This document shows, piece after piece, positions 59,724 to 64,000 of a stretch of 64,000 nucleotides of DNA. Positions within the stretch are counted from its first letter, which is position 1. Each line of letters opens with the position of its first letter. A program made the position numbers and the translations under genes. The DNA is from Octopus sinensis (taxonomy: Eukaryota): positions 40,052,001 to 40,116,000 of the forward strand of contig NC_043004.1 of assembly GCF_006345805.1 (NCBI RefSeq). Direction: 5' to 3'. Under the pieces are notes generated by a model, which did no database searches, was not told where the DNA came from, and was given only the letters and a program-made list of their open reading frames with translations.

Positions 59724-60090
59724 GCATAGGAGTGGCTGTGTGGTAAGTAGCTTGCTTACCGACCACATGGTTCAGGGTTCAGTCCCACTACGTAGCACCT
59801 TCTACTATAGCCTCGGGCTGACCAAAGCCTTGTGAGTGAAAGAAGCCCATCGTATATATGTATATATATGTATGTGTGTGTATGTGTTTGTCCTCCCAAC
59901 ATCGCTTGACAACCGATGCTGGTGTGTTTACGTCCCCATAACTTAGTGGTTCAGCAAAAGAGATTGATAGAATAAGTATTAGGCTTACAAAGAATGAGTC
60001 CTGGGGTCGATTTGCTCAACTAAAGGTGGTGCTCCAGCATGGCCACAGTCAAATGACTGAAACAAGTAAAAGAGAAAAGAGTAAAGAGTA
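59724..60090 (+). mobile_element. SINE-A with two internal deletions
   Basis: Lacks GGGCAAGTGTCTT and GATTTGGTAGACGGAAACTG relative to other copies. Confidence 0.85.
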
Positions 60091-60309
60091 CACACACATA
60101 CACACAATGGGCTTCTTTCAGTTTCCACCTACTAAATTTAGTCACAAGTCTTTGGCTGGCCCTGGGCTATTGTAGAAGATGCTTGCCAAAGGTATCACAC
60201 GGTGGGACAGAACCCAGAACCATGTGGTTGGGAAGCAAACACAGCAACATTTTTCCACCTTGTGTTGTGCCCACAACTAAGCTTAAATTGTAACCATTTA
60301 CACATTATC

Positions 60310-60480
60310 ATACACGTAAAAAGCACCCACTACACTCTCGGAGTGGTCGGCGTAGAAACTCTGCCAGATCAAAACTGGAGCCTGGTGCAGCCATCTGGTT
60401 GCCAGCCCTCAGTCAAAACCGTCCAACCCATGCTAGCATAGAAAACGGACGTTAAATGATGATGATGATGATGATGATGT
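60310..60480 (+). mobile_element. Family E LINE 3' UTR
   Basis: CACGTAAAAGCACCCACTACACTC...GGACGTTAAA(TGA)n. Confidence 0.85.
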
Positions 60481-60888
60481 AAATGTTTTATAAAGCGTAA
60501 AATAAATACTTTGCTCCAAATTCACACTTCCCATAACTTTCTTAACACCTTATTTGAAGAGATAAACAGTGCTTTTATGTGACTCTTCTACTGCTTCAAA
60601 TACAAGAAAAAAATTTGCAAGGAGCAGGGAGAAAGAGAGAGAGGGGAAATGAAAGGAGTGGGGAAAAAAAAAACATTAACATTAATGTGGTACTAACTTC
60701 CAGGCTAATGGACTGAAGAAGATTTCAGCAAAACTTTGCTCCATACAGAAATTGGAAGAAATCCAGTAATGGCACAGAATTTACAAGACAACCTGCTCAG
60801 AAATGTTACTTCACGAAAGTTACCAAAGGAAGAAGGGTTACACGCTTGAATGACAGACTGATGTTGGAAAGATACTCAGAAGTTCAAT

Positions 60889-61190
60889 AGGCGCAGGAGT
60901 GGCTGTGTAGTAAGTAGCTTGCTTACCAACCACATGGTTCCGGGTTCAGTCCCACTGCGTGGCACCTTGGGCAAGTGTCTTCTACTATAGCCTCGGGCCG
61001 ACCAAAGCCTTGTGAGTGGATTTGGTAGATGGAAACTGAAAGAAGACCGTCGTATATATGTATATATATGTGTGTGTGTTTGTCCCAACAACATCGCTTG
61101 ACAACCGATGCTGGTGTGTTTACATCCCCGTAACTTAGCGGTTCGGCAAAAGAGACCGATAGAATAAGTACTAGGCTTACAAACAATAAG
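60889..61190 (+). mobile_element. SINE-A, 3'-truncated
   Basis: Near-consensus. AAGTTC occurs on both flanks. Confidence 0.9.
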
Positions 61191-61365
61191 TTCTTGACTC
61201 ATTTACAGAAAATGACTTCCAGGCTGGATTCCAAAAGTGGCAGCAACACTGGGACCAGTATATTACTGTGCAGAGTGACTATTTCGAAGGAGATGATGTT
61301 AAAACTTAGGTGAATAAGTTTTTCTTTATAAAACATAACTAGTCCAGGAAATTTTTGACTGGGTG
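61191..61365 (+). pseudogene. mariner transposase C-terminus and decayed right end
   Basis: VLDSFTENDFQAGFQKWQQHWDQYITVQSDYFEGD. May continue upstream of the SINE-A (KGRR...YSEV at about 60800-60885). Confidence 0.7.
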
Positions 61366-61905
61366 GCACATTGTGTTCTAGAGCAAAACATTTCATTTCA
61401 TGTTGCTCCAGTTCACTCAGCTGGCAAAAATGAGTCATCCTGCGACTGACCAGCGTCCCGTCCACATGTGGAATCTATATGCCATGGAAACCAGGGCAAC
61501 TGGCCATTATGTGTCGGTACAAATCAAGAAGGTAACTTTACTTTTACTTAATCAAATCAAGATCAGTATATAACCAGTATTTATTTTGTTGAGACAAGAG
61601 GGTTTGAAAGACAAAGCCAATGCCAGGAGGCAAACTGGCTGAGTTGTTAAAGCACTGAACAAAATTGTCCTGCAGTATTCGTTCCATACTGATTTCAAAT
61701 ACTGCCCAGGTAAATGTTGCTTGTCATCATCACAGTATTGATAGATAAAGTACCAGTCTTGTATTGTCACTGACTCTTCTTTTTCATTCTCTCCTTCCAC
61801 TTGCCTATATGTCTATCTTTCAGGAAGATATTAATTGCAGTCAGACCTGGAGAAGGATGTGCTCTGCCAACTCCAAAATGCTCCTGGCATGCAGTATGTC
61901 ATGAC

Positions 61906-62445
61906 CAGCACTGGATTAACCCTTAAGCAAAATAAGCACGTGCTTTGGGCTTCAAGGGAAGGATGGGCACCATAGAAATTATAAATAGTTTATGGCACAT
62001 TAGAAATCATTTTAAACTTGCTAAAATAAACATTATTGAGTGTGCCTATCCAAATGTAGACATTGCCATTCATATATTTTGAACATTAATGATCACAAAT
62101 TGCTCAGCAAAGAATTCATTTTCTCAGTTGAAGTATATTAAAAATCTCATCAAACAACTGTGCAGCAAGGCAGGCTGGATGCTTTATTTTCACTAAGAAG
62201 GGAAGCAGATGCATTACATAAGATTAATTCTGAAGATCTGTTCAAAGATTTTGCAATTAAAGCAAACTGGAGAAAACTTTCCAAATATAAATAAAGTGGA
62301 AATATACAAAAATAAACATTATTTTCCATCTTACTGTTAATTTTGTTTCATTTTGAAAAATAAAAATTTATTTTATGGTTTATTATTGTATATATTTTGG
62401 ATCACATATGTACTTAAGGCCTCTACAGGTCTTAATCCGGCCCTG
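61906..62445 (+). mobile_element. Internally deleted hAT (Tip100-like) element
   Basis: TIR CAGCACTGGATTAA / TTAATCCGGCCCTG. TSD GTCATGAC/GTCATAAC. Dimerisation-domain remnant YPNVDIAIHIF*TLMITNCSAKNSFSQLKYIKN. Confidence 0.85.
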
Positions 62446-63158
62446 GTCATAACAGAGTCCATATGACCCTATCAGAAGTTGGGAGTCTAAGGAAAACATA
62501 AATGCATGTTTCAGTGTATATACAGGTTTATACAAAAAAGCTTTCTCAAGACAGCTTTGGTAGTTTTGCAGTTTTCAACAACATATCCATGTTAAGTAAG
62601 ATATACAGAATGCTACTCTGAACCAAATTCTGCTTCCATCACTAATCATGAGTTTTTATCCAGCCCACACACACACATGCACACACACACACACACACGC
62701 ACACACACACTCTCACACATACATGTATATGTATATATATACACTCACACACGTGTATACATCCATATGGGTGTACAATTGTGCATGTGTGTGAGTGTTT
62801 AGCTTTGCAATGAATAAGTCACTTATTATAATGCCATGCACACTAGACAATAACTTCTTTGGTAATTATAATTTAACCAATCAAAATCATGTAATTACTC
62901 TTTCTACATAATCATTTTGATATAATTTAGAAAAAGCTTATTCTTCTTTTTGCGATTTATCGGCTACTATTTTTTTCATCCGCATGTATGTACAATATGC
63001 GTGAGTATATGTATGTTAACGTGCATGTGTATGTATGATAACATGTGTGTATACAGGGTGCACTTGTTTACGCATGGAACTGGCTTGTTTTTATTAAATT
63101 TTTTTTTTTTTTTGCATTTTACATTTTCCATATTTGAAGGTTGGGATTTATTAAATGA

Positions 63159-63531
63159 CTAGCAGTATCGCCCGGCGTTGCTCGGGTTTGTAAGGGAAAT
63201 AACTATAAAGCATTTTTAGAGAGTTATAGCCAAAAAATGGAAAAAAAATGATGGTAAATTTTTTTTTTTAGTTAAAAAGGTCGAGTTGCGTCCCCTAGAC
63301 AGTCTGTGGTTTGTGTTTCTGATTCTCGACCCCATGTCGAATTTATCGATTTTTTTCAGAACTGGGGGAACTTTTCAAAATTTTCGCTGCGTTAGTTTTG
63401 AATTATGACATTGGGCTATGTGTGTGTCAAGTTTCATCAGAATCGGTTGAAAGCCGTGGTCAGGGTGAGGGTACAAGCAAACAGACACACAGAAACACAC
63501 ACAGACAAACTGCCGTTTATATATAGAGAGA
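63159..63531 (-). mobile_element. Complete non-autonomous Helitron
   Basis: Minus strand A|TC ... subterminal hairpin ... CTAG|T, no TSD, internal (CA)n, CpGs intact. Confidence 0.85.
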
Positions 63532-63647
63532 TAATTATTCAGAAGCTTAGTTTACAGTTTCGTTAAGGCTGCGTGGAAACTGATATTTCTAATTTAATTG
63601 AAGGAAATTAGTCGGAAGTGAAAAGTGGTTTTGAAAATTAAAGGCAC

Positions 63648-63681
<34 letters not shown>

Positions 63682-63691
63682 GTGTTGGTGT

Positions 63692-63723
<32 letters not shown>

Positions 63724-64000
63724 TTGTTATTTAGCCCAAGTCAACTCTGAGTGAATTCATGATGACAGGCATTCTAACCCCTGATTATTTTGTCTTTGTA
63801 GGGGTGTCTAAGATTACAATAGCTAATACGTTCTTCTAAACACAGCAGTATGTGACTCAAGAGATTTCACTGCTATTTCTAGCAGATCAAATGACCACAA
63901 AGAGGCCCACACTTGTTGAAATCATAAAACACATGGGTGACAGAGAGAGACACAACATCATCATCATCATGACTGTTATTTTTACTTCATGTCTGTTTTC

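Overview
AT-rich eukaryotic genomic DNA dense in microsatellites and interspersed repeats. The repeat families look like those of Octopus (inference, not checked against a database). I found no intact, recognisable protein-coding gene, rRNA or CRISPR array; most listed ORFs are translations of microsatellites or SINEs. The window is a layered transposon landscape. It holds four tRNA-headed SINE types (labelled A-D here) with swappable cores and tails, RTE and R4/Dong-type LINE remnants, and Penelope-like termini. It also holds mariner, DD37D, pogo, hAT, piggyBac-like and Helitron remnants or MITEs, often nested. Best leads: (1) three different minimal hammerhead-ribozyme-like motifs, one inside a 30-bp inverted repeat (5396-5590, retrozyme candidate) and one downstream of a tRNA-like Pol III promoter (53557-53910); (2) a fold-back mariner with two left ends; (3) a 280-bp locally templated insertion; (4) a MITE carrying TTAGGG-like repeats; (5) a 63-bp-arm hairpin; (6) a CpG-rich candidate first exon near 16.2 kb. 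All coordinates were read by eye, and boundaries of decayed copies are approximate.
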